DNA of 64,000 nt from an uncultured Chitinophagaceae bacterium. Lineage in GTDB: Bacteria > Bacteroidota > Bacteroidia > Chitinophagales > Chitinophagaceae. The position numbers were made by a program, and so were the translations under genes. The notes below the pieces were generated by a model. The model made no database searches, was not told the DNA's origin, and saw only the letters and a list, made by a program, of their open reading frames with translations. Below, one piece after another: positions 1 to 8,024 of this stretch. Location of the stretch: assembly GCA_903907815.1 (NCBI GenBank), contig CAIVPM010000035.1:3776-67775 (forward strand), given 5' to 3'. How positions within the stretch are numbered: position 1 is the first letter of the stretch; each line of letters begins with the position of its first letter.

Positions 1-156
1 ATTGAAGTAGTTTCTGGTAAATTCAAATATGGGTTTGAATTAGAAGTTACGACTGCTACTTATGGTTCTACTACTCAAACTAATGGTAAAGCTGGTGGTA
101 GTATGAGTGAATTTACCAACACAAGAGGCTTGTTTTATACATCGTATTCATTTTAA
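1..156 (+). CDS. 3' end of an upstream gene (partial); probable outer-membrane beta-barrel/porin C-terminus
   Basis: Frame 1 is open from the window edge to TAA at 154-156. The translation ends ...GKFKYGFELEVTTATYGSTTQTNGKAGGSMSEFTNTRGLFYTSYSF. It has an alternating beta-strand pattern and a terminal Phe, as in OM barrels. Confidence 0.35.
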   Translation: MEVVSGKFKYGFELEVTTATYGSTTQTNGKAGGSMSEFTNTRGLFYTSYSF

Positions 157-186
157 TACTTAATTTATCAATTCAAACTTGCTAAT

Positions 187-1725
187 ATGAACAATAACGA
201 AACAAAAGGGATATGGAAAGTTATAGGTGCCTCCTCCCTTGGTACCTTAATAGAATGGTACGATTTTTACATCTTTGGTAGTCTTGCTACAGTTATTGCA
301 AGCCAGTTTTTTCCTAAAACGAACCCAACTGCTGCCTTACTTTCTACCTTGGCAACCTTTGCTGCAGGTTTTATAGTAAGACCTTTTGGTGCGTTGGTTT
401 TTGGTAGACTAGGCGATTTAATTGGAAGAAAACATACCTTCCTGCTTACTTTAGTATTAATGGGAGGCTCTACATTCCTTATAGGTTGTGTGCCTAGTTA
501 TGAAAGTATTGGTTTTCTGGCACCTATCTTAGTATTAATACTCCGTCTTTTACAAGGCCTTGCTTTGGGTGGTGAATATGGAGGTGCGGCTACCTATGTT
601 GCAGAACATTCTCCTAACCATAGAAGAGGGTACTTTACTTCCTGGATTCAAACTACTGCAACACTAGGTTTATTTATTTCTTTGGGTGTAATTCTACTTA
701 CCCGTCATAGTCTTGATGCTGATGCAGCAAAGTCAATCGCTAAGTTCAATGACTGGGGCTGGAGAATTCCTTTCTTATTATCAGCAGTACTGGTAGTGGT
801 TTCCATTTATATCAGATTGAAAATGAAAGAATCTCCAATCTTTTCAAAGTTAAAATCTGAAGGAAAAACATCAACTAATCCACTAAAAGAAAGCTTTGCG
901 CACAAAGCAAATCTAAAGATGGTATTACTGGCATTGTTTGGTGCTACAATGGGTCAAGGTGTTGTATGGTATACAGGACAGTTTTATGCTCAGTCTTTTA
1001 TTGAGAATGTATGTAAAGTTGATTTCGATCAATCCAGAACAATGATTATCTGGGGTATCCTTTTTGCAACACCATTCTTTGTTGTTTGGGGTTCTTTGAG
1101 TGATAAAGTTGGTAGAAAATGGATTATGATTCTTGGTATGTTGATTGCTGTTGTTACTTATAAATATCTATTTACGCAGATACTAAATATTACTGATGCA
1201 AAAGCTAAAGTAGAAATTGTTGATAAAAGAGAGGTAAAACCTACGCTTTCACTAATTAAAAACTCTACAGATTCTTTACGAAAAGTAGTTACTAAAACAT
1301 ACTACGAAGATGGTATGAAGATGGTGGAAACAAAGACCGATACAGTGTACTCTGCTATAGGTAAAAAAACAATCAAACCTGTGGTAGCTGTTGCTAAAAC
1401 TTTAGGAGATAGTGATTACTGGAAAATTGTAGGAATAGTATTTATTCTAATTTTCTATGTAACTATGGTATATGGTCCAATAGCTGCATTCTTAGTAGAA
1501 TTATTCCCTACCAAAATCAGGTATACCTCTATGTCTTTACCTTATCATATAGGTAATGGAGTATTTGGTGGATTAACGCCATTTATTGCTACTTTATTCA
1601 CTACAATTTATACCAATGATAAAACTGTTGGTTTAATGTATCCAATTGTTATTGCTACATTATGTTGTGTGATAGGTGCATTATATATTCGTAACAGAAT
1701 TGATCCTGAAGTAGAGGGCGTTTAA
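187..1725 (+). CDS. MFS transporter, metabolite:H+ symporter (MHS)-like, with a large hydrophilic insertion
   Basis: Multi-TM MFS pattern. Loop motifs GRLGDLIGRKHTF and SDKVGRKW. An approx. 80-aa non-hydrophobic insert lies at aa ~336-412. Confidence 0.8.
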   Translation: MNNNETKGIWKVIGASSLGTLIEWYDFYIFGSLATVIASQFFPKTNPTAALLSTLATFAAGFIVRPFGALVFGRLGDLIGRKHTFLLTLVLMGGSTFLIGCVPSYESIGFLAPILVLILRLLQGLALGGEYGGAATYVAEHSPNHRRGYFTSWIQTTATLGLFISLGVILLTRHSLDADAAKSIAKFNDWGWRIPFLLSAVLVVVSIYIRLKMKESPIFSKLKSEGKTSTNPLKESFAHKANLKMVLLALFGATMGQGVVWYTGQFYAQSFIENVCKVDFDQSRTMIIWGILFATPFFVVWGSLSDKVGRKWIMILGMLIAVVTYKYLFTQILNITDAKAKVEIVDKREVKPTLSLIKNSTDSLRKVVTKTYYEDGMKMVETKTDTVYSAIGKKTIKPVVAVAKTLGDSDYWKIVGIVFILIFYVTMVYGPIAAFLVELFPTKIRYTSMSLPYHIGNGVFGGLTPFIATLFTTIYTNDKTVGLMYPIVIATLCCVIGALYIRNRIDPEVEGV

Positions 1726-1756
1726 TATTTATAACAAACAAAATAAATTCAACTAT

Positions 1757-2020
1757 ATGAATAAGTTAAAGAGATATGCTGGAATTATCTGGATCATTTT
1801 AGGTCCTTTAGCTATACACTATTTGATGGCTACAGCGGAGAGTGAAATTGCTAAAAAACCAGTAATAGATACACAAATACAATGGGGAGTTTTCCTTACC
1901 ATATTCTATCCTATTGTTATTGGTTTTATCCTTTTCGGTTTATATGCTCTGGAAGGAAACTACGATCACATTCCTGAATCAAGTGCAGAAATAGATGATT
2001 ACGATGTAAAACCATTGTAA
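1757..2020 (+). CDS. small membrane protein, unknown function
   Basis: 87 aa with two hydrophobic helices (IIWIILGPLAIHYL, VFLTIFYPIVIGFILFGLYAL). Starts 31 nt after the MFS stop, same strand. Confidence 0.45.
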   Translation: MNKLKRYAGIIWIILGPLAIHYLMATAESEIAKKPVIDTQIQWGVFLTIFYPIVIGFILFGLYALEGNYDHIPESSAEIDDYDVKPL

Positions 2021-2034
2021 GAATAATTGATCAC

Positions 2035-2079
2035 AGGATAGTCTCTTTATATAACATTAATTTATAAAGAGACTATCCT
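2035..2079 (+). terminator. perfect 17-bp stem hairpin (terminator or attenuator candidate)
   Basis: AGGATAGTCTCTTTATA (2035-2051) pairs with TATAAAGAGACTATCCT (2063-2079) around an 11-nt loop. The trailing T tract is weak (TTATTC). Confidence 0.45.
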
Positions 2080-2084
2080 TATTC

Positions 2085-2309
2085 ATGCCATATATGATTA
2101 GTAAGAAGAAAACATCCAAGCTGATTTTTATTGCTGTCTTGTTCTTAATGTTATTCAGTTTTCCTTTTATAAAGATGATGAATAAAGATTCCTTTATTGG
2201 TCATTTCCCCCTACTTTACTTTTATATCTTTTTCATCTGGTTACTAGTTATATTTATTATAGCAGTAGTAGTAGAAAGAAGAAGAAAAATACCGGCTGCT
2301 GATGAGTAA
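2085..2309 (+). CDS. small two-helix membrane protein, translationally coupled to the sensor kinase (CbrX-like arrangement)
   Basis: 74 aa and hydrophobic. Its stop TAA (2307-2309) overlaps the kinase ATG (2302-2304) in the sequence ATGAGTAA. Confidence 0.5.
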   Translation: MPYMISKKKTSKLIFIAVLFLMLFSFPFIKMMNKDSFIGHFPLLYFYIFFIWLLVIFIIAVVVERRRKIPAADE

Positions 2310-5001
2310 TCTGGTCATCATATTAAGTTCCATATTTTATTTAATTTCCCTATTTGCAATAGGGTATTATGCCGAAGTGCGTGCCAGACTTAAGAAGAGC
2401 ATTATCAATAATCCGTATATATATTCTTTGTCATTGGCCGTGTTCTGTACTGCATGGACTTTCTTTGGAAGCGTTGGAAGAGCAACTGTTACTGGCCCTG
2501 AATTTCTGTTTATTTATATAGGCCCTACATTACTTGCTCCTTTATTTATAGTATTGCTGAGAAAAATTATCAGAATATCCAAGACCCAGAGAATTACCAG
2601 TATTGCCGATTTTATTTCTACCCGTTACGGCAAGAATATCTCCTTAGGAATAATAGTTACACTACTATGTGTGCTGGGTATTATTCCTTACATAGCTATT
2701 CAATTAAAAGCTATTAGTAGTAGTATTGAAATATTGAATGGCACTATCAATCAGACAAATAACAACTTCAATATATTGGAGGATACAACATTCTATATAG
2801 CCATGGGGCTTGCGGCTTTTGTAATCCTTTTTGGAACAAGAACTATCGATGCTACCGAAAAGCATGAAGGACTGGTAGCTGCAATAGCTTTCGAATCTAT
2901 TGTAAAGCTTATTGCATTTATATCCGCTGGTCTGTTTGTTACCTATTTTCTCTTTGATGGTTTTGGTGATATTATGCAGAAAGCTGCCGCTGATAATCAC
3001 TTGCAACAACTCTTTACTTTTAAAGGGGGCAATATGTATTTTCAAACGTTTGCCTTAATGTTTTTATCTATGATGGCAGTGCTATTTCTACCCCGTCAGT
3101 TCCACCTTTCAGTAGTAGAAAATATCGAGGAAAGTCACTTGGTAAAAGCTACCTGGCTATTTCCTCTATATCTTTTTGTCATCAATATTTTTGTAATTCC
3201 CATTGCTTTTGGTGGGGCATTAATTTTCCACGGTCAGCATATTAATCCTGATACCTATGTACTGGCATTGCCTATGCATTCGGGTAATAAGTTCCTTGCA
3301 TTGCTGGTGTATATAGGAGGCTTTTCTGCTGCCGGGAGTATGATTATAGTAGAAACAATTGCACTGGGTATTATGATCAGCAATCAGATTGTAATGCCGC
3401 TGTTGCTTGCTTTTAAAAAGTTTAAAATTAATATAGATAAGAATTTCAGTACCATACTTTTATTCAATCGTAGAGCAAGTATTGTAGCTATCATTTTCTT
3501 CGCTTATCTGTATGATAAATTTATTGCAGAAAAATATTCACTGGTTTCCATAGGCCTTATTTCTTTTGCTGCAGTAGCACAGTTTGCTCCTTGTATTATT
3601 GGTGGTATTTACTGGAAACAAGCAAATAAAAAAGGCGCTGTTGCTGGGATACTGTTAGGGTTTACTGTCTGGTTTTATACTTTAATATTTCCTTCTATTA
3701 CCGGACATTTCTTTGATGCAGTAAATCAAAATGGTCTCTTTGGAATTGCTATGCTTAAACCTACTTCCTTGTTTGGTTTAGATGGGTTTGATACTGTTAC
3801 CCACGGATTCTTCTGGAGCATGTTTTTTAATACACTTGCCTTTATCAGTATTTCGCTTACTACTGAAAAGGAAACAGATGAGTTTTATCAGGCCGAAATG
3901 TTTGTAGATGTATTTAAATATTCCCGTCAGTCGGCCGAAGATTCTATTGCCTGGAGGGGTACTGCTTATATACCCGATTTAAAAGTTTTATTAAACAACT
4001 TTATTGGTAAAGAAAGAACCGATACTATACTGAATAATTATGCTAAAAAGAAAAATATCAATATTAATACTACTACAAAAGCTAACCCTGCACTGGTAAA
4101 CTTTTCGGAAAGAATACTGGCAGGTGCTATAGGTTCTGCCTCTGCAAGAATTATGATAAAGAGTGTAGTAAAAGAAGAAGAACTTAGCATGACCGAAGTG
4201 TTGAAAATACTACATGAAAGTCAGATGATGAAGGAGACCAATAAAGAGCTTCGTAAGAAATCGAATGAGTTACAGAAGGCAACCAATCAGTTACAGAAAG
4301 TTAACGAACAGCTGAAGCATATTGATGAAATGAAAGACGAGTTTTTATATACCGTCACACATGAACTTCGTACACCGCTTACTTCTATCAGAGCGCTGAG
4401 CGAGATAGTACACGACAATCCTGATTTGCCCGACGAAATGAAGAACGAATACCTTGGTGCTGTGATAAAAGAAACACAGCGATTAAGTTATTTAATTACA
4501 CAGGTATTAAATCTGGAACGTTATGAAAGCGGTAGAACAAAACTAAACATTTCTAATGTTGATATTGCAGCACTTTTGTATGGTACTGCCGATAGAGTAA
4601 AGTCGCTTATTGCCGAAAAAGGAATTAAGCTGGAGTTTAAAATACCTTTCAATATGTCTGCAGTAAAGGGGGATGATGACTTGTTGAATCAGGTGTTTTA
4701 CAACCTTATTTCCAATGCAGTAAAACATGCTGAAAGTATAATTAATGTATCGGTACATACTTCTGACGATACGGTGCTTATACAAGTAATGGATGATGGA
4801 AAGGGTATTGCAGCAGAAGTACATGAATTGATTTTTGATAAGTTTTTTCAGGCAAAGAATCAGACTTTAAAGAAGCCCGAGGGTAGTGGTCTGGGATTGG
4901 CTATCTGTAAGCGCATTATAGAAATGCACAATGGTAAAATATGGGTGGAAAGTGAAGTTGATAATGGAGCCACTTTTAAAGTAGAAATACCTATAACATA
5001 A
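2302..5001 (+). CDS. sensor histidine kinase with N-terminal sodium:solute symporter (SLC5/SSF) domain, CbrA/CrbS-like
   Basis: About 520 aa of polytopic SSF-like membrane domain, then a STAC-like linker and a coiled coil (ELRKKSNELQKATNQLQKVNEQLK). H-box FLYTVTHELRTPLTSI. ATPase boxes NLISNAVKH, DDGKGI, GSGLGLAICK. No C-terminal receiver. Confidence 0.85.
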   Translation: MSNLVIILSSIFYLISLFAIGYYAEVRARLKKSIINNPYIYSLSLAVFCTAWTFFGSVGRATVTGPEFLFIYIGPTLLAPLFIVLLRKIIRISKTQRITSIADFISTRYGKNISLGIIVTLLCVLGIIPYIAIQLKAISSSIEILNGTINQTNNNFNILEDTTFYIAMGLAAFVILFGTRTIDATEKHEGLVAAIAFESIVKLIAFISAGLFVTYFLFDGFGDIMQKAAADNHLQQLFTFKGGNMYFQTFALMFLSMMAVLFLPRQFHLSVVENIEESHLVKATWLFPLYLFVINIFVIPIAFGGALIFHGQHINPDTYVLALPMHSGNKFLALLVYIGGFSAAGSMIIVETIALGIMISNQIVMPLLLAFKKFKINIDKNFSTILLFNRRASIVAIIFFAYLYDKFIAEKYSLVSIGLISFAAVAQFAPCIIGGIYWKQANKKGAVAGILLGFTVWFYTLIFPSITGHFFDAVNQNGLFGIAMLKPTSLFGLDGFDTVTHGFFWSMFFNTLAFISISLTTEKETDEFYQAEMFVDVFKYSRQSAEDSIAWRGTAYIPDLKVLLNNFIGKERTDTILNNYAKKKNININTTTKANPALVNFSERILAGAIGSASARIMIKSVVKEEELSMTEVLKILHESQMMKETNKELRKKSNELQKATNQLQKVNEQLKHIDEMKDEFLYTVTHELRTPLTSIRALSEIVHDNPDLPDEMKNEYLGAVIKETQRLSYLITQVLNLERYESGRTKLNISNVDIAALLYGTADRVKSLIAEKGIKLEFKIPFNMSAVKGDDDLLNQVFYNLISNAVKHAESIINVSVHTSDDTVLIQVMDDGKGIAAEVHELIFDKFFQAKNQTLKKPEGSGLGLAICKRIIEMHNGKIWVESEVDNGATFKVEIPIT

Positions 5002-5015
5002 CAGTATAAATTTAT

Positions 5016-5194
5016 TCAAATGTATTTATTCAAAATTATAAATTACTGTATCAACCGCTTGCGGTTCTCTGTGTTCACTGTATTTAAAAAATACGTTGTG
5101 TTACTCGGTGCTCTCCGTGTCTCTGTGGTTCAATTGTATTTGTATTATCCTGTCTCCTATCTCCTGTCTCCTCTAAAATATAAAATGTAAAGTC
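5016..5194. repeat. mosaic intergenic repeat (core TGTATTTGTATT plus CTCTGTG-type and TCCTGTCTCC-type word runs)
   Basis: Core at 5135-5146, with degenerate cores at 5018-5031 and 5078-5085. Flanking words include GGTTCTCTGTGTTCAC, GTGCTCTCCGTGTCTCTGTGGTTC and ATCCTGTCTCCTATCTCCTGTCTCCTCT. The same modules recur at the other loci listed under repeat features. Confidence 0.8.
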
Positions 5195-7486
5195 ATGACA
5201 AAGAATCAGCACAAAGTATTGGTAGTGGACGATGATCCATACATATTGATGTCTCTGGAGTTTTTGATGAAAAAGAATGGGTACGATGTGCTCATTGCCC
5301 GTAATGGTACCGAGGCATTAAACATTATTAATGCATCACCTTTACACCTTGTGTTGCTCGATATCATGATGCCCGATGTGGATGGTTATGCTATTTGTAA
5401 ACATATAAAGAATACGCCTGCTTTAGCAGATATTAAAGTAATATTCCTATCTGCAAAAACAAAGGATTCCGACATTAAAAAAGGCTACGAACTGGGGGCC
5501 GATTTATTCATTACCAAACCTTTTAGTACCCGCAATCTTATTCAGCAGGTGGAGGGGGTATTAACCAAAGTAAAAGAAGCGCATCGCAATATTTATCAGG
5601 AAGAATACTTTAAGAGCATTAACAGCTCCGAACTTTTCTGGAGAGAGAAAGCGAAGGAGATAGACTGGTTCGAATTTCCTGAAAACATTTTAACCAAAGA
5701 AGAAAACAATCTGTATCGCTGGTACAAAGGCGGCAAGCTAAATACAGCGCATCTATGTCTGGATTACCATGTAAAGAATGGCAGAGGCAATCAGACGGCT
5801 CTTATTTATGATTCTCCGGTAACAAAAACCATTCGTAAATATTCTTATTCCGAACTGACCGATGAAGTTGCAAGACTGGCTGGTGGATTACAAAAACTTG
5901 GTATTGTAAAAGGCGATACAGTGGTTATTTATATGCCAATGATTCCGCAGGCTTTAATGGCTATGCTGGCCTGTGCCCGTATAGGTGCAGTGCATAGTGT
6001 AGTGTTTGGTGGCTTTGCCCCTCACGAACTTTCTGTGCGTATAGATGATGCAGAACCAAAGGCCATTATCACTGCCACTTATGGTATAGAAGTAGATAAA
6101 AAGATTGCTTACAAACCATTGGTCGATCATGCTATTATGGAGGCTTATCATAAGCCAAACCATGTAATTGTTTATCAGCGCGAAGGCATGATGTGCTATA
6201 TGGATGAAGAGCGCGATGTAGACATGCAACAATTGATGCAGGAATCTGCTCCGGCCAGCTGTGTGCCGGTAGATGCTACCGATCCTTTATACATATTATA
6301 TACTTCTGGTACTACTGGAAAACCTAAAGGAATTGTTCGCGATAATGGTGGCCATGCAGTGGCTTTAAAGTATAGTATGAAGAGTATTTACAACGCCGAT
6401 CCGGGCGATGTATTCTGGGCTGCCAGCGATGTAGGTTGGGTAGTAGGCCATAGCTATATTGTATACGCTCCTTTACTGCAGGGGTGTACAACGGTACTCT
6501 TTGAAGGTAAGCCAGTAAAAACACCCGATGCTGGAGAGTTCTGGAGAGTGGCGGCCGAGCATAAAGTAAAGGTGATGTTTACCGCACCTACTGCCATAAG
6601 AGTAATTAAAAAAGAAGATTCCGATGGACTTTTATTCAAGAATAAAGACCTCTCTGCTTTGCAGTATTTGTTCCTTGCAGGCGAACGCTGCGATCCCGCT
6701 ACCCTTCACTGGGTAAGCGATTTGCTGGGCAAGCCAGTAATAGATCATTGGTGGCAAACCGAAAGTGGATGGCCAATGCTGGGCATTATGCAGGGACTGG
6801 AAAAGATGACTTCCAAATCGGGGTCTGCAGGTAAACCTATCTGCGGTTTCGATGTACAGATAATAGAAGACGATGGCACGATTATTGAAAACGATGAGGA
6901 AGGTTTTGTTACCGTAAAACTTCCTTTACCGCCTGGTTGTCTGCCTACCTTATGGAAGGATGATGATGACTGGTTTAAACAGTCTTATTTATTCAAGTTC
7001 CCAGGCTACTATCTTACCGGCGATGGCGGCTATCGCGACAAGGAAGGGTTCTTCCATATCATGGGTAGGGTAGATGATGTAATTAATGTATCGGGACATA
7101 GATTAAGTACCGGCGAAATGGAGGAAATTATCTCGCATCATCCCGCTATTGCCGAGTGTGCTGTAATAGGTATTGCCGATCCTATTCGCGGTCAGCGCCC
7201 TATAGGTTTGTTTGTAATGAAAGATAATCACCACAATACCGAGGAAGAACTGGAGCATGAATTAGTGTTGTTGATGCGTGATAAAATTGGTGCCGTAGCG
7301 TTCTTTAAAACAGCAGTACTGGTTAAGCGTTTACCCAAAACAAGAAGTGGTAAAATACTGCGTAAAACTATGCGCTTCCTGGCCGATGCTGTACCCTTTA
7401 CCGTACCATCTACTATCGACGATCCAATAATTCTGGACGAGATTAAAGAGGTACTGATCAGAAGAGAAATAATGAAGGCGGTTTAG
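5195..7486 (+). CDS. response-regulator receiver domain fused to PrpE/Acs-type acyl-CoA synthetase (propionate/acetate--CoA ligase-like)
   Basis: aa 1-~125 form a receiver: DD at 13-14, acceptor D56 in VLLDIMMPDVDG, FLSAKT, ITKPF. aa ~130-763 are collinear with E. coli PrpE. Matching motifs are HSVVFGGFA, YTSGTTGKPKG, DVGWVVGHSYIVYAPL, FTAPTAIRV, DVINVSGHRLST, LPKTRSGKILR and IDDP. Confidence 0.85.
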   Translation: MTKNQHKVLVVDDDPYILMSLEFLMKKNGYDVLIARNGTEALNIINASPLHLVLLDIMMPDVDGYAICKHIKNTPALADIKVIFLSAKTKDSDIKKGYELGADLFITKPFSTRNLIQQVEGVLTKVKEAHRNIYQEEYFKSINSSELFWREKAKEIDWFEFPENILTKEENNLYRWYKGGKLNTAHLCLDYHVKNGRGNQTALIYDSPVTKTIRKYSYSELTDEVARLAGGLQKLGIVKGDTVVIYMPMIPQALMAMLACARIGAVHSVVFGGFAPHELSVRIDDAEPKAIITATYGIEVDKKIAYKPLVDHAIMEAYHKPNHVIVYQREGMMCYMDEERDVDMQQLMQESAPASCVPVDATDPLYILYTSGTTGKPKGIVRDNGGHAVALKYSMKSIYNADPGDVFWAASDVGWVVGHSYIVYAPLLQGCTTVLFEGKPVKTPDAGEFWRVAAEHKVKVMFTAPTAIRVIKKEDSDGLLFKNKDLSALQYLFLAGERCDPATLHWVSDLLGKPVIDHWWQTESGWPMLGIMQGLEKMTSKSGSAGKPICGFDVQIIEDDGTIIENDEEGFVTVKLPLPPGCLPTLWKDDDDWFKQSYLFKFPGYYLTGDGGYRDKEGFFHIMGRVDDVINVSGHRLSTGEMEEIISHHPAIAECAVIGIADPIRGQRPIGLFVMKDNHHNTEEELEHELVLLMRDKIGAVAFFKTAVLVKRLPKTRSGKILRKTMRFLADAVPFTVPSTIDDPIILDEIKEVLIRREIMKAV

Positions 7487-7489
7487 GAT

Positions 7490-7560
7490 TAGTGGATTGG
7501 CTGATTGAATACAAATTGATTGTAAATAGATAGGAAAACTAATAGAGAGAAGTGTGCAGA
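7490..7560. repeat. mosaic intergenic repeat module (GGATTAG/GGATTGG words + GAATACAAAT core, reverse orientation)
   Basis: GGATTAGTGGATTGGCTGATTGAATACAAAT starts immediately after the stop of the 5195-7486 gene, followed by AGAGAGAAGTGTGCAGAGAA. It parallels 61297-61358. Confidence 0.6.
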
Positions 7561-7691
7561 GAATAGCTAGCTGTTGAAGCGGATATTAATTACCAGTAGA
7601 TATAATTTAACTTGTTTGGGAAAGCTTGAACTAGCAATCAGAGGCGAAAAAAGTAGCACTTTAAGTGTATTTATTTAAATAATTGAATTTT

Positions 7692-7950
7692 AGAGGGCAT
7701 AAATGTTTTTTTCTTTGGAGTTGACGTTGCTTTTATAGACGTAGGAGTTGCTTTTTCTTAAATTGACGTTGCTCCTGTTGGGATAGACGTTGCTTTTGGA
7801 GACGTAAATGTTTTTTTCGTTGGAATAGACGTTGCTTTTAGGGACGCAGGAGTTGCTTTTTCAAAAATTGATGTTGCTTCTGTTGGGGTAGACGTTGCTA
7901 TTGGAGACGTAAAAGTTGATTTTGTTGGGATAAACGTTGCTTTTTTAGGG
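7692..7950. repeat. non-coding tandem array, 105-bp super-repeat made of five ~21-bp subunits (core GACGTTGCTTTT)
   Basis: GACG-type sites at 7723/7828/7933, 7738/7843, 7765/7870, 7786/7891 and 7801/7906 are each exactly 105 bp apart. No ORF of 60 aa or more. Confidence 0.9.
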
Positions 7951-8024
7951 ATATATCTTTCGATGAAAGCTAACTTTATTATAATTACTCAATAATAAGG
8001 CTCAGATTACTTTGATTGCAAAAG

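Noticed and set aside
7692-7950. Arrays as coding heptad (7-codon) repeats of a decayed gene
   Set aside because: 21 bp equals 7 codons, but none of arrays 1, 2 or 4 has an open frame of 60 aa or more on either strand. The flanks show no coding continuation either.
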